Below are positions 63,951 through 64,000 of a stretch of DNA of 64,000 nt, one piece after another. The notes beneath the pieces are model-generated. The model saw only the letters and a program-made list of their open reading frames with translations, did no database searches and was not told the origin of the DNA. The stretch spans positions 254,448,001 to 254,512,000 of the forward strand of contig CM097882.1 of the NCBI GenBank assembly GCA_044892505.1, written 5' to 3'. Source of the DNA: Schmidtea nova (Eukaryota). Each line of letters opens with the position of its first letter. Position 1 is the stretch's first letter. The translations under genes and the position numbers were made by a program.

Positions 63951-64000
63951 ACAATTTATTTTAATAAAATTTATTTGAAAAAATGTCTTGTTATTTTATC

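Larger units (their letters stand above)
53484..64000 (+). mobile_element. Polinton/Maverick (adintovirus-like) endogenous virus, left ~10.5 kb
   Basis: AGTAG terminus, TIR homologous to 1-375, and a virion module (ATPase, penton, major capsid, adenain) plus integrase. Candidate 6-bp TSD GAATTG at 53478-53483. pPolB not in window. Confidence 0.97.

Overview
Very AT-rich, repeat-dense animal genomic DNA with four N-gaps (14881-15045, 17894-18163, 47233-47472, 48946-49075). A flatworm such as a planarian is a plausible source, but that is inference only. The one clear host gene is a minus-strand protocadherin: a large ectodomain+TM exon at 27654-30198 and a candidate cytoplasmic exon at 3191-3663. 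Most other sequence is decayed hAT, Tc1/mariner, piggyBac-like, Gypsy, Ginger2 and Penelope elements and MITEs. The highlight is a family of Polinton/Maverick (adintovirus-like) endogenous viruses present three times: a right end (1-375), an inverted decayed copy (~47.5-51.4 kb), and a near-intact left portion (53484 to the window end). The near-intact copy encodes a packaging ATPase, pX-like core protein, integrase, penton, pVI-like protein, major capsid and adenain protease; no pPolB lies within the window. Unusual features of this virus are a TATA-binding-protein-like gene, TIRs packed with E2F and AP-1 consensus sites, 41-49 nt GT-AG introns in three genes, and a tandemly duplicated acidic orphan gene with a CCAAT/DRE/TATA promoter. 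Together these suggest its own proliferation- or stress-coupled transcription programme (inference). Separately, the window holds one canonical minimal hammerhead ribozyme and a dispersed family of candidate U3-A8 variant hammerheads.
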